A DNA stretch of 63,896 nt, counting the filler, from Octopus bimaculoides (lineage: Eukaryota), in the NCBI RefSeq assembly GCF_001194135.2. It is 6 parts of 5 records of this genome, joined end to end, with 100 filler letters (N's around TTAATTAATTAA, not from the genome) between each part and the next. Parts side by side here need not be neighbours in the genome. Positions count along the whole stretch, not along the records: positions 34,646 to 60,395 come from NC_068987.1; 5 more parts are not named here. One strand, written 5' to 3'. The position numbers and the translations under genes were made by a program. This document shows positions 35,690-49,790 of this stretch, one piece after another. Below the pieces are notes generated by a model. That model saw only the letters and a program-made list of their open reading frames with translations. It searched no databases and was not told where the DNA came from. The first letter of the stretch is position 1. The number at the start of each line of letters is the position of its first letter.

Positions 35690-37450
35690 TAAGAAAAGTA
35701 GGAAAATACCCTAGTGTTTTAACAAATTTTCCAGCCGATCACATGGAGAAAGGTGTTCGCTTCTGTTTTGGAAAACATGGTCTCGGTTAGTTCGCGGAGA
35801 TTCTCGCGGGTGGATCTTCGCTATGTACAGCGGCATCAAGTCCACAGTCCAGATAAACGGTTACCTGACGGTGCCGTTTTCGATCAAGCGTTCAGTTCGT
35901 CAAGGGTGTTCCTTGTCTCCGCTTCTGCACGTGTTGGCTCTCGAGCCATTGCTGCGGAAGTTGGAGAAGTTTCATCCTAATGAAATCGGATGCGGTAGAA
36001 GATGCTCTCAGAGGATACGAAGCGGTGGCAGGGGCAAAAGTTAAAAGGGACAAGTCCGTCAGCTTGCACCTTGGCACCTGGAGGAGCAAGTCGATATCGT
36101 CCAGTGTCGTGGGTCACTGGACAGATGGTCCTGTTAAGTTGCTTGGAGTTTGGTTTGGGCCAGACTCTCAGACAGAGAAGAATTGGAGCGAGGTGGCAGA
36201 CAAGGTAGAGGCCGTAGTACGGAAGTGGTCCTGAAGGGCTCTGTCCTTGAAAGGAAGGGCGGAGGTGGCACAGGTGTTTATTGCATCTGTAATCACTTAC
36301 CGCCTGACCGTTGTCCCTTGCCCCGATTCGTGGCTAAACAAGTTGAAACGACTCCTTTTCCGCTTTTTTTGTGGAAGGGAGGAAAGCCACTTGTAAGGCG
36401 CTCCCTTTGTTGCCAGGAACCGTTAAAGGGTGGGCTGGGAATGTCTTGGTTAATGATGCGCAGACATGCGTTGAGGCTGAGACATCTCTGGCGCCACCTG
36501 GAAGATGATAAGGTGTGGAGTCCGCTGGAAGAGGAATTCTTTTCGCGACCGGCTCCTATGGAAAGATTTAAACCCGGTTTCATAAAAAGACGGAATCTGA
36601 CTTTATGGCAGAAGGAGTGCCGACAGGCACTCTCGCTGATCCACAAGACGGGTAAGGCCGGCAGCGGGAATACCCCTTCGGTGTTCTATAGAGGGCTGGT
36701 AGAGGCTAAAAATGATGACGTCCTAGGAGAGGCTCTGGGGTTCGACGAGAACCAGCTTGCCAACCTGTTTAAAAAGACTTTCAGGCCAAGGTACTTGGAC
36801 AATTACCAAAAATCGCTGACCTGGCAGTGCTACAGGAACGCTTTACCTGTTCGCTTTTGTACAATGTAGGGAGCTGTCAAGCTTGATAAGTTACGTAGAA
36901 CACGTGTTGTCACATCTGGGACGAGTACAGCTGTCAGCTGGATCTATAATAAAGATGGTACCGCCAACTGGACTCTCAAAGGAAGGTGGGGCTTGTTTTC
37001 ACTGTACAGTGGCAGTATTGAAAGAGTGTGTATGGAGAACTAGAATGAAAGGTTTCATGACAGGGTCCTACGTCTCTGGCCCGGGTTTGTTAACCTACTT
37101 CAGATACCATCTGAAGAGCAAGATGGAGTTGGAGAGGAAGACCCTGCCGCAGAGAGAGTATGAGAAACGTTGGAAGGATGTGATGAGAGAGGTGGGTGTC
37201 AGTAACCCAGCTTAATCATCAATGAAAGGAAAAAGATAGTTGCTGGGCCTTACAGGCTGCCGGGTATGAAGTTTGAACTTGTTTCTTTAACTTTATTTAT
37301 TTTTTTAAAGGATAACGGAAAGTCAAGTAAGCTATATAAATTATATCTAAATTTTTAATGTTCATTCGAACTCATCTTAACATTTTTGTAATCGTGTTGT
37401 CCTGTAATGTCCCGTCTGTATACTGATTCTATAATCATAATAAAGAATCC
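35690..37450 (+). mobile_element. 5'-truncated, decayed Tx1/L1-clade LINE (ORF2 RT and C-terminus)
   Basis: MYSGIKSTVQING...SVRQGCSLSPLL.VLALEPLL; YEAVAGAKV..DKS; LLGVWFG; LCCQEPLKGGLG; W..YRNALP. The YADD motif region is deleted and there are frameshifts. Confidence 0.88.
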
Positions 37451-37742
37451 ATCTCTAGAAGACGTGGTGTCCAGTACTGAAGGGAGGCAGAAATAGCCCG
37501 AAACCAGACTGGTATGCTGGTACCGTCGCTAGAAGGGGATAGGGGTTCGGTCCCTTGCTCGCAATATATCGGATGCAACTGTACATCGTTAACCAGCTAG
37601 AAGAGATGTCCTGTTGGGGGTTAAAATATCGCAGTAAAGTCCGTTTGAACGGAACAGCCACGTTAAAGTGGCCTCTAACATTACTTGTTAGTACTACTAC
37701 TGCATTCATCTCTTAGAGAGATTTTAGAACTAGCTTTTTAGC

Positions 37743-37812
<70 letters not shown>

Positions 37813-37816
37813 GCAC

Positions 37817-37852
<36 letters not shown>

Positions 37853-39796
37853 CCAAATATACTGATATATATCTATATACCCGGTACACACGTATATAAT
37901 AAAGAGAAAAAGAATAAACTATAGGTACAGATGTATACACACTTAGACGTGAATCTTTAGAAAGAATACCATCGTTCGAATATCAAGTATATATGTAAAC
38001 ACACGCCAACATGCATGTAGACGTACGCCGAAGTTTGTCAAAGATAATGACAGAAATAAGAATTCGTTTGACAAAAATGCTGAAATGAGACAGGTGAACA
38101 CATTTACATGTAGAGTTACACACGCATAAATTCAGAAGCACATCTTATTTCTAACATTAATATGTTCAAAATGTTAGACCAGCAAGTCGAGAAAGAGTGT
38201 AGTAGTAATAGAACGGTCCAATTATGATTTATTTATAACTAAAAACGAGAAAAAATTTGTAAGAGTTGGGGATAAATTTGAATGTATTGATTGTATTATT
38301 GTTGTTCATCATCGCTGGTTTTAATTTCAACGAAGTGTGAAATTAGATACTATAAGGCATTTCTAGGTCAGTTCTATTAATTTTAATAACCCCATTGAAT
38401 TAAGTAGTGACAACAGTATTAAGACTGAGTTTAGTGAGCGCCAAATAATAACAAATAGAAGTAAACTTGTAATAAAATTTATACTTTTAATGAAAGCTAA
38501 TATTTTCTAAATCTAAATATTTTTGAATTTTTATCCATAGCTTCAATATTTTAAATAAAAATTTACCAGATGTAATAACTTGTCCTGAACGTTTCCAAGT
38601 GTAAAAACTTGTCCTGTAATTTTCCAGGTTTATAATCTTACGAATATTATTTCTCTTGCTCGAATTTTTTCATGTAACAATATCTAGGGCAGTGGTGGAA
38701 CAGCATCTTCTAAACGAATGGAACTGGTTGCTTGGTTTCAATTTTCCTCTAAAATTTACTACTATATTTGTGACAATTTAACTTGCAGGTTGGGATGACA
38801 GAGTACTAGTGGCACGTCAGCAATACCGTGTTGTTGGTGTTGCTGTTGTTGTTGTTATTGATGATGGCGTTGGTGGTGTTGGTGGTGGTGGTGGTAGTGG
38901 CGAAGTTGTTTGACTCTGGTGAGCTCTAATAGGGCAGACCCGTGATTATCCCGTTTTTTTTTTTGCGCATTTATAACTCCATTGCTCAGTGTTTTCTTTT
39001 CTTTGAAATGATGAGCGTGTGAACTGTGGGGGATTTGACTGCTTATCCTAGCATGTTGATCGGTCATGTAAGTCTTCTATTGTTGGGTGGGGCTTCCTCA
39101 GTTAACAACACATTATTTCTATGGTGAGTACATTTAATTCTACTTTATTGGGTACTTCAACAACTATCACCTAAATTTACGTCAAATCACACCATACTGG
39201 TCTTAACTAAAGATATACTGTAGACAACGTATTCCTTGATATTTATGAAAACATGGTAGTTACGGCTGTAGCGCTTTTGATTATATGGCGCTTTAATAAA
39301 GCTAAACAACAACAGCAACTTACCTTGGGTCGGAAACCAGAAGTAGTCATATAAACTCTTATTGTTAACTATGCAGTATTGTTTCTCAAATATATCTGGA
39401 GAATATATTGTAGCGCTCAACCTCAGAGCAGATGTCCTACATATCGCGACTGCTTTGCCATTAGATTTGTAGTGTGAAGTGTTTTGCTCATCAAGAAAAG
39501 CTTTTTAGTAAATCCTAAGATTGGATGCAGATTTAATCCATTGTTCAGATTATTAAGCTACTTCACACTTAGGTTCCTTTCTGTTTCAAGTATTCGGATG
39601 AGGTCTGCTGACAATTGGATGAGGCAGTTTTTGAGAAATAGACGAAATGATCACGGTTGGCTTGCTTTTTAGAAATGGACGACATGATCGCCGTTGGCTC
39701 GATTGGAGTTAATCTGAAGCTAAGCAAAAACAAACAACTTCACTGTCAGTAATGAACTTCACTTACAAAGATGTAAAATAATATTTATATTCTAAA

Positions 39797-40010
39797 AAGG
39801 CGGTGAGCTGGCAGAAACGTTAGCACGCCGGGCGAAATACTTAGCGGCATTTCATCTGTCTTTACGTTCTGAGTTCAAATTCCGTCGAGGTCTACTTAGC
39901 CTTTCATCCTTTCGGGATTGATAAATTAAGTACCAGTTGCGTACTGGAGTCGATCTAATCGACTGACCCCTCTCCCAAAACTTCGGACTCTTGTGCCCAG
40001 AGTAGAAAAG
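39797..40010 (+). mobile_element. tRNA-derived SINE, family C (GGCGGTGAGCTGGCAGAA head)
   Basis: The same family occurs at about 14890-15000, 17555-17910, 22490-22640, 33570-33895 and 57330-57420. Confidence 0.8.
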
Positions 40011-40904
40011 AATATTTATATTCCAGTAAACATACGTCATATGTGAAATTCTCAACTGCATTTATCTTTTTTCTCTCATTTTTCATTACATATTTTTATT
40101 ACATATTATTTTTATTTTTATTACATATTATTACATATTTTTTTATTACATATTTTTTTATTACATATTTTTCTTTTTTTTTTGTCATGTATGTAATTAA
40201 CATGATAATACATCGTATATCTTAATGATGTAATTACCATACTACACAATGACATGTAGTAATGTAATTAAGAGAGAAATACATGCGATTTGATAAGCAA
40301 ATGTTTAATTCCAAATGCAGATATCATCGCCCATGTAATCAGCGTATAACGATGTATGCTATATGTGAACAAATACGCATTGATTAGGATATATGAAAAA
40401 GGCATTTGATAGTCACAACAGCAAAACATTGTGCTCAGAAAACTATTTTACAATATTCTGATAGAGAACAGTAAAAACTGATTCCTTACAAAATAGGTAT
40501 GCAATACGGCTGATCACAAGCTTATGGAAAGTTATCAAAATGCGAAGATCTAAACTTACCACACAGCCACTCCTGCGCCTATAAATTTGTAAGCTTTTCC
40601 CAGGGCTGTCATAAAGTATTGATACACTGGGCAATTGCTCAGGAATCCCACGAGTTTAGGGGCCCAATTCTGACCTATGTTTGTTGTGGCTTGCTGTCAG
40701 TAAATAAATACTATACGCCCTGTGCATTGATTTGCCCTGGGGTCTACAATGTTGCTAAAGTACCTTTGGCTTTTCCAACGTTCTCCGAATTAAATGATTG
40801 CAAAATAAACCGCGCTCGTTTAAAAACAACTTTTACCTTCTCTAGGTATGTTTCTGCCACCCTTTTTTCACATTTGTGTTTTCACCCTCTTTCTCTCCCT
40901 CCTG

Positions 40905-40937
<33 letters not shown>

Positions 40938-41655
40938 TTTCTCTCTCTCCCTCCCTCTTTCTCTGTATCTCTATCTTTCTTTCTCCTTCAGCCCATAATT
41001 GTTATTCAAAAAGCAGATGAAACAAGACATTTATAAAGCAAAGACCACTGTGGAATCTTTGACTATTTCATTTCCTCCACCTTTTTTCTTTCCTCCAAAC
41101 ATTTCTCTATGTTTTGTTGGCTTATGTATACGCATTTTATTCCACTTTTTTCTCTGATTTTCGCTTCCATGTATTTTCTTTCTTTCTCTCTTTCCTTCTT
41201 TTTTCTTTCAATATCTCCTCCACCTCCTCTCTCTCCCTCTTATTATTTTTCTCTTTTTTCTAAGGAGCGGAGAAACCAAGATGGTGAGACAAATCTAATC
41301 ATTAAATGAAACAGAATATTTCTTTATACATCAAATTAAATTTTAACATCTTTTGAGATGGTGAATAATAATAAAATTATTATTATGTGTTTTGAGAGAA
41401 ATTTAGTTGCTGTTTCTAGCATTTAGAGTTATAATGGAAATGGTTCCTAGCTGTTTGAGATATGAGGATTATGATTTTAAGGATAAATTAGATGCAAATT
41501 CAATCAGGTTTAGTTACAATGTAGATGTCCCTTTCGTACATACAGAAGCCATTAGGGTGTAATGAGAAGGAGATTTGAATATTATGTCTGTTAAACCGAA
41601 ATACTATGGAGAGGCGTCGTCTGGTTCATTATTACCAAATTTGCTTATATAGACA

Positions 41656-42345
41656 CAGTGGTGGTTTGTGTATAGGCACTGCGGAACTGCAACACCCCCT
41701 ATTTCCACTCGATATTATCGATAACATTCAATATAATGAGTCCTTTTTTCTTTAATTCTTTCTTTATACCTGTACATTATATAATCTTTAAGCTTAATGT
41801 TAGTAGCCATCGCCTAGTTTATGAAAAAATACAAAAATCCTTGTATAGGACTGTGCGCTTCACAGCTCCAGCGACGTGGTGTTTGGCTGCTGTGCGCATG
41901 CTCACATGTCCGAGATAGAAAGCTTCACGCTAGGGAGAGAGAGCACTATGGTTCACGCAGTGCTGGTGAAAGGTAGTGTTTCTTTTTCACTCCGAATGTG
42001 TTGTGCTTAAAAATGTGTTTATATTTTTGTTAGTGATAAAGTGAAGAATTAGATTATTATCCTGCTTCCAGCTAGTGTTGTTTCCAGGATTTCAAAAATA
42101 GGGCAGATTTCCTCCCCCCTTATTTTGTGAATTAGAGGGGATTTTTGAAAAACAAGGCGGAATTCGCGTCGGTGTTCAGTGAACAAATTAAACACACTAC
42201 CCAGCAGTGGCTAAAACGCGAACCGATCAAGATTACGTATAAATATTCTTTTTATATGTTTGTTTCCTTTTATACAATATTACAAAAACGGCTAAAAGTT
42301 TTATGAAGTCGTACACCCACTAATTTTATCTATGAGCCGCCACTG
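41656..42345. mobile_element. hAT non-autonomous element
   Basis: Perfect 8-bp TSD TATAGACA (41648-41655, 42346-42353) and ends CAGTGGTGG...CCGCCACTG. Confidence 0.88.
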
Positions 42346-44743
42346 TATAGACATCTATATTAATACAATGAGCAAATCTTGCTTTGTCTGCTTTACTGGT
42401 TGCATGAGCACAATAAGTGCATCCTAGAGCTTATTATTATAAGGATGTTTACAGTAATGTGACACCTTTTTCATAGCTCCAGCTGAACGTACACATCAGC
42501 TATTGTTGCAATTTTTATGTTGTGGTATTTAAGGGGTTCTATACTTGGAAACAGGTTTTCCAATTCAGATTGTTCGTTGATAATTCTATATCGATATTCT
42601 ATCAATTTTGTAATTATTTACTGGTTTCATTGTCGTTGTCGATTATATCGTTGTAGTTGTATATTTCCAAGTAAGTCCTACTGGGGCAAACTTGTGGTTA
42701 CAAAAATAGTTAACTTGAAGTAGTGGCAGTTTTATTGTTTCTTATACCAGGAACAACGTTTTGTTAATTAATATAACCGACATTTTTCAAGCTGTTTGAG
42801 TTTGATTTGAAGCTCTATTCAAAGGGAACAGTTCTGCTACCGACTGATTATGTGGATGATGCACGTCTAAAATCACCAGCACTTTCCCCATTTCTCTTCA
42901 GGTGTGTCTTTCATTTTCCATCTCCCAGAAAAAACATCGTCTGACGTCATTCAAACGTATTCTCAAGACATTTTGTCACTAACACCAGTATTGTAGCAAA
43001 TTCATTAGTTTCTACTTTTTGATAATACTGCTTCATATCAACTTTCTGTCTTACCTCATTCATTAACTTTCTTGACAGACAGCAAGGTATGGTTCGGGAG
43101 AGATTCGGCTGATATTTTGCAAGAGAAATGATACTGAAACTTCCCTCTGGGAAAGAGAAAACAACAAATAATTTCTAGCATTTAACGTTGGATATACAAA
43201 CAGACAATTCAGAGTCCGTGGTCGACACCACTTTTTTAAGTGTTGTGTACGCAATACTATATTATCCAATGTGACATTTTAGAGATGGCCGGTCGCAATT
43301 TAAGTTTGTTTGGTTGCTATATCTATCATATCGAGCAACCACGTTGCGGCTAACTTAGCTGGCTCATCAGTTATATTTTTAATGTGATGAAAACAGAAAA
43401 TTTCATAATATTTTCTCAGAAATAGAATTGTGAGATAGATATGTTTACCTGTAATCTTTCATGTCGAAATATAGACTACATGTCCTGATATAGTATTTTT
43501 TTATTATCATATATTAGAGCGAAGACTCGCATTTGCAGAACAGGTGTTGAAGTTGATTGATTAGAACTCAGTAAATGAATGATATTTATATTTTTAATCC
43601 AGGATAAATGAAAGGTAAGTTCGTCACAAGCAGAATTTAAACTCTGACCTTAGAAAAGCGTAGTCTACTATTCTAATATCCCCGATTAGTTTGATTATTG
43701 GCTTCGAATTTTTTAAGGATTATTGTATAAATTTTCTTCGATAGAATTTATAAAGTAAAATTTACTTTTTTTTTTATATAGGATACTTAGTAAAAACAAT
43801 ATATATATATATATATATACTTTCATGCAGATAATGAAATTGTATAAAATCATTTTCTAGAATCAACAGTGAGGTTTTGGAAAATTACAATACACTATAG
43901 AGCTGGTAACAGCAAGTGAATGCGTTATCCACTTCTAATGCCTTTCTGGATATTAACAAACAGGAAGTGAGTGAAAGGAGATGGAAAGAAAGAGAACTAG
44001 AGAGAGAGAGAGGCGGGAGAAATAGAGTTGGAAGAGGGAGAACAACCGAAGAGTTTATATTAAGTGTGATGTTAGAGAAATGCATTAACAGCTTTATGGT
44101 GGAATCTAAAAAGATATTATCCAATCGGTATTAACGTCGAGTGCAGTGCAAACAGTTGAAAGTAACAGTCAATTAACTGACAACACACAGATGTCAGTTG
44201 GTATCAAATGCAGCGTAATAAGATGCCTTAGTTAACTTTTGCATTTTGACCATTTGACAAATTGAAAGGCATAGCTTGCATTTAGTGAAAATAAAATAAA
44301 ATATATTAAATACAAACAATTACAAGTGTTTTCTCTGTCAGAGACGACTTTGCAATGAAATGTTGTACAATGGAATAAGTTAGTCGTAACTGAAACTACT
44401 TATTAGTGAAAGCAAGGATAATGTCTGCAGTCACCTAAACAGACATAGCAACATAGAGTTATCGACGTACAAAGTGGTACAGTTGGGTACAGAAGCTTAT
44501 ATAAATAGCTTTTGTTTAAACTTTTTAAATTTCCAAAATACTTTACTCGGATTTACGAAATCTCGAATAAATTAGTAACATCAGAAAATGAATTTTCAAA
44601 CTTTCTTAAAAAACATACACGGAGTATTCTTTTGGACATAGTATATTAACATATGTCCGACGACTCACTTTCAAAATATGCACAAAACTTTCATTAAAGG
44701 AATTTAATTAAATGCTAGATTTTAGTTCAGCTAGCTATATATA

Positions 44744-44779
<36 letters not shown>

Positions 44780-45541
44780 GGTAGGAGGGGGTTTCCTTGA
44801 GTGAGTTAACTTACTATTCCCAAATGAAAGTATAGGTCATTATTGTTGCAGTTTTGCCCTAGGTCAACCCTTATCAAACAAAAATATAATTAAAGTTATT
44901 CGAGTCAGGACGATGCTATCTTTTACATTAACTGTAAGGTATGATCTGAGCGAGAATTGATTTCTATTTGCAGCAGTTTGACCACAAGGAAGCTTCATTA
45001 TTCTTGTTGTTTAGCTCTCTGATCGAGCAGTTAGAATGCCCTTGATCATAGATCAAAGGCACTCTAACTGCTTTTTCTCCATGTACAACAAGCACACTCG
45101 AACATATTATACATTGTGTCCATTTCTGTGACGGTAAGGTTGGGATTTGAGTGATATTTGGCTACTATTTGTAGCTGGTCGAACAACAGCATAATGGTCT
45201 CCTCATTGTAAAATATTAAAACTGTAACTCCGAAGCTGATACTGCATTGTAGTTTCAATCTTCGGTTAAATTACATCATTTCTCTTATACTCCTTAAATC
45301 TTCGGAAAATGTATATCACAAAATGCTATTTAAAGAAGGTTACAGAAAAGATAATCTCCAAGGCATTGTGTTGCGCTTTTCTACTAGTCAAATTTTAAAG
45401 TCAAGTTTACCTTTTATTTTGCTGAGGTCAATCAGTTGAATACTAGCAATATATTGGGTTATATCAGATGTACTCAATCTTTACAAAAAAGTAAATGTTT
45501 TCCTAAGAAAGACGTATGGCTCATGAAATTCAACATTTATA

Positions 45542-46429
45542 CAGGCTGTTCGGTGTTTTATGTCTCCTTTTTTTCGGGAACAGCTTGTTGTATCGGTGAA
45601 CTGTCAACGGCGTTGGGAAGCATAAAGATTAAAGTTGTAATTGAGAAAATGTTATTTGATTTGGAGTACTGAAAGTCATCTGAATATTAGAAAAGAGTTA
45701 CCAGTATCTTGATGATTCGCGCCGAGTGTCAAAATGCCAGCATCGTTACTACTACTCAATGCTTTCTGAACATTGCAAAATCTGTAAGACGTGACATGGA
45801 TAACTGCAACGGAGACTACGAAGCCGTGGCCAGTGCGAAGGGACACAACAAGCATTCTTATTGCGTTCGTCGGAATTCATCTCTCAACTGATGAACAGGG
45901 CCTTAGGCTCAATTCAGACGGTTATTCGAAACTGCTGGAGATCGTGGTCAATCCCTGCCGGAGAGGATTACTGCTGGAAGGCCATACGTGTGGCAGCAGG
46001 ATTCGGCTCCTTGCCATACCTCCGAAAAAGTCAGAAGTAGTTGTCGGAGAATTTCTATGACTTCACCAAACCCGATTTCTGGTCACTTATTTCTTCCGAT
46101 GGTAATCCTATGGATTATTGTGTGTAGGGCACGGCTGAGAAAGACACCAACCGCTCTGCTTTCAACATCAAGACCGAGCTGGTGGTTAGATCAAGGAGGT
46201 GTTCGAAGATTTTCCTAGAGACATAGAGAGAAACACATGCCGCCAGGTTCCGGAGCCGTCCTGAGGCATGGTAGAGCAGAGGGCGGCTACTTTGAATAAA
46301 CTATTATCTTCCGGCCATAATCTAGCTGATATTTTTTTTGATTTTTTTAAAATACGTTTAGTTTTAGTTGGGATATTGTGTTTTATTTTCTTTTTACGCA
46401 AACTGTCCAAATGTAGCCCGAACACCTTG
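45542..46429 (+). mobile_element. internally deleted Tc1/mariner element
   Basis: TIR CAGGCTGTTCGG/CCGAACACCTTG with TA flanks. Transposase remnants include WQQDSAPCHT and a degenerate WP.NS.D.NP.DY segment. Confidence 0.85.
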
Positions 46430-47436
46430 TATGGACTATATTTTGTTATTTCTGTTATGATGCATGAATCTATAGGATAGATCTTAGTAGCATTTGTATA
46501 TTGTGTTAACGGTTTCGATTCTAATGTGGAGATAATTTTATAGTTAAGGTCACTTTATGAGTATCACTGAAAGTTCTTTCATTCTTTTAAAGATTTTGAT
46601 CAAATCTTCAATTATGTTCCATAGTCAAGGCTTTTCGAAACGTAACGTTCGAACGCATATCATGACAAGCAAAATAATATTATAGATAATCTCGTCATAT
46701 TTAAAATTAAGAACCACTTATTCTTTATCTGAGAGCTGGCCACACTCACGCAAGATATACTTTAGACAAACGATTAGCAATCTCATACTTGTAATCTTAG
46801 GATTGTTGTAATTTTCCACTTTGCTTCCTAAGAAAATGATATTTAGAATTAGTTTTCATTTAGAAATGTTTCATTATTCACAACAATGACGTTATGGTAG
46901 AATATGAAAAAAAAAATGTGACGTTTTATATTTCTGTTTTTGTCTTTTATATATTACTTTTAACACGACTGCAGCAAACTATATAAAAATATCATTGATA
47001 TCAGGGCGTGATCGACTTAACTGAATTGGATTTACTGTGTCGACTGAAGAGAGCTTCAGCGCTCTAGGGAGTAAATACTTGATTGGTTGAAGAGAGAAAA
47101 CCCGTAGTTCCACTGATAACATACAGATAAAGAAAATATTCCTGCATAGTTTTATCAGCTTCCCACTAAAGAAAAAAAAAGAGAAAGATATAATCAGCCA
47201 CATTTAAACAGCCGTTCGAAGAAGACAAGTTAAGAGTAATATCAACAACACTACAGCACGCAAGGCATTGCAGATAAAACACCTGTTCTTTAACTATATC
47301 ACAATGTTTTAGTTCTGATTTTGTACGACGAAATAATAGTATTTTTTAGTATTATCAAAATATGTGCTTCCCACTCGTTTCTAGCTTCCGTATGATCAAT
47401 CTGTAAATACTACCTCCCTACCTTCATTACACAATT

Positions 47437-47455
47437 TATATTATCATCATCATCA

Positions 47456-47492
<37 letters not shown>

Positions 47493-47500
47493 CATTATTA

Positions 47501-47561
<61 letters not shown>

Positions 47562-47579
47562 CATTATTATCATCATCAG

Positions 47580-47621
<42 letters not shown>

Positions 47622-47625
47622 TATC
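47437..47625. repeat. compound (ATT)n/(ATC)n microsatellite
   Basis: Direct reading. Confidence 0.95.
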
Positions 47626-48124
47626 TTCACTCATTGATCGATTATTTTTATCTCTGATTACTTGTTCGTTCTCCTTTCAAACTAATTCAAATGTAAATAT
47701 AAGAAATTTATTGGTATTTCCTCTTTTGGAGTTGACATATCTTTGAAAACAAATGGTCTGTTCTCAGTGTTTCGACGTAAAATGATTTGAAATATTTTTT
47801 TTTAACACAATAATTCGTTTACATAAACAGCAAGCTTCTGATGAGACTTGAAAAAAAGAATAAAATAAACCATTCATGTTTATCCCTGAAATATTAATAG
47901 TATAAGAGAATTATCCTAAACTAAAAATAGCAACTGACTGGAAGATTTCATTTTGTTAGAGCTAACCACTACAATACTATGCACTCTAATACAAAATGGT
48001 TCTTTGGGGAATTGCACTGACAACCCGGTTCTAAAACCTTTCTTCTGCAACACGTTTTCTGAAAGACTAGTTCCAAGATACGGTTGCTTCAAAGATTTCA
48101 ACTACAATATAAGTTAGCTATTGT

Positions 48125-48480
48125 AAAATCAGTTCTCCGAAAAATGACCATTGTTACATGGTTTTCTCAGACACTCTTACTAAAACACAATTACCTAGGA
48201 GATTGCCATTGAAACACAGTTCTCCTGGAGGTTATCATTACAAGATAATGGTTCTCTGGGAGATTATTATCGTAACACAGTTTTCTCAGAAATTACCATT
48301 ATAAGAGTATTCTCTTGAAGATTACCATTACAAGATAATTATTTAAGAGATAATCGTTACGATATCGTTCTTTCAGAGATTACTATTACAACACAGTTCT
48401 TTCAGATATGCTTCTTTGAAAGAATACTGTCGTAACAATGTTCCTTAGGAGAATACACAAACTACACAGTTCCCTGAGAA
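48125..48480. repeat. old degenerate ~30-bp minisatellite (ACACAGTTCTCTCAGAGATTACCATTAC-like)
   Basis: About 11 divergent units visible. Confidence 0.6.
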
Positions 48481-48528
48481 TAATTTACTCAATTACATTA
48501 GTCAGCAAAACATGTGTATCCTTCTACA

Positions 48529-48565
<37 letters not shown>

Positions 48566-48567
48566 CA

Positions 48568-48692
48568 CAGGATGAATCAAAAGTCGCCATACATAAGAAC
48601 AATTTATTTTTATGAGAAACAGTTTTTTTTATTTAACTGCTTCATATAAAAAATAGTGTTTTCCTATGTATGGTGATTTTTGAATCACCCTG
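48568..48692. mobile_element. mariner-type MITE
   Basis: TIRs CAGGATGAATCAAAAGTCGCCATACATA / TATGTATGGTGATTTTTGAATCACCCTG. Confidence 0.75.
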
Positions 48693-48729
48693 TATATAGT
48701 GAGAATTTACAAAAAAGAAAAAAAAAAGA

Positions 48730-49790
48730 CAAAAGACAAAGACGGGTGTGTAAACAAACAGATGTGTTAGTTTAATGCTCGGGGAGTGAGAAAGTCTTTT
48801 ACGTTTNNNNNNNNNNNNNNNNNNNNNNNNNNNNNNNNNNNNNNNNNNNNNNNNNNNNNNNNNNNNNNNNNNNNNNNNNNNNNNNNNNNNNNNNNNNNNN
48901 NNNNNNNNNNNNNNNNNNNNNNNNNNNNNNNNNNNNNNNNNNNNNNNNNNNNNNNNNNNNNNNNNNNNNNNNNNNNNNNNNNNNNNNNNNNNNNNNNNNN
49001 NNNNNNNNNNNNNNNNNNNNNNNNNNNNNNNNNNNNNNNNNNNNNNNNNNNNNNNNNNNNNNNNNNNNNNNNNNNNNNNNNNNNNNNNNNNNNNNNNNNN
49101 NNNNNNNNNNNNNNNNNNNNNNNNNNNNNNNNNNNNNNNNNNNNNNNNNNNNNNNNNNNNNNNNNNNNNNNNNNNNNNNNNNNNNNNNNNNNNNNNNNNN
49201 NNNNNNNNNNNNNNNNNNNNNNNNNNNNNNNNNNNNNNNNNNNNNNNNNNNNNNNNNNNNNNNNNNNNNNNNNNNNNNNNNNNNNNNNNNNNNNNNNNNN
49301 NNNNGATGATGAAGGGAGAGGATGGAAGGGAGAAGATGGGTTGGAGTTAAGAGAGGAAGTAGGTGTGAGAGGATGAGAGGAGGGTTAGAGGAAGAGGGAA
49401 GGAGAGTTGAGTGCCTGTGGCGCAAAAGAGCGAAGAGAGAAGATTAATTCCTGCTCACGGCGAAGACGGGAGTCCGGATGGCCCCTGTGTAAGGACAATC
49501 CGAACACAGACAGGTGTTGTAAAGAGTGACCGGTAGAGTGGAAATTGCGCGAGACCGGGGTGTCGTTACCGAGTCTGATGTCTCGGAGTTGTTCCGCGAA
49601 CCGGTCACCCAAGCGGCGTCCCGTTTGACCGATGTAAAGGGAAGAACAGAGAGAGCAGGAGATGCAGTAGATGACGTTGCTAGAAGTGCAGGTGAAGGAG
49701 TCAGTGATATAATAGGGTCAATGATGGGTGCCTGTAAGGAGGGTGATGTTGGAGAGGTAAGGGCAACTGCGGCAGCGTGGGCAGATGTAT
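48730..49790 (-). mobile_element. Penelope-like retroelement 3' part (GIY-YIG endonuclease)
   Basis: ORF 49385-49612 (DRFAEQLRDIRLGNDTPVSRNF...RLRREQELIFSLRSFAPQALN) is a typical PLE GIY-YIG C-half. The terminus at 48730-48806 is shared with fragments near 23010-23130 and 56000-56130. Confidence 0.82.
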
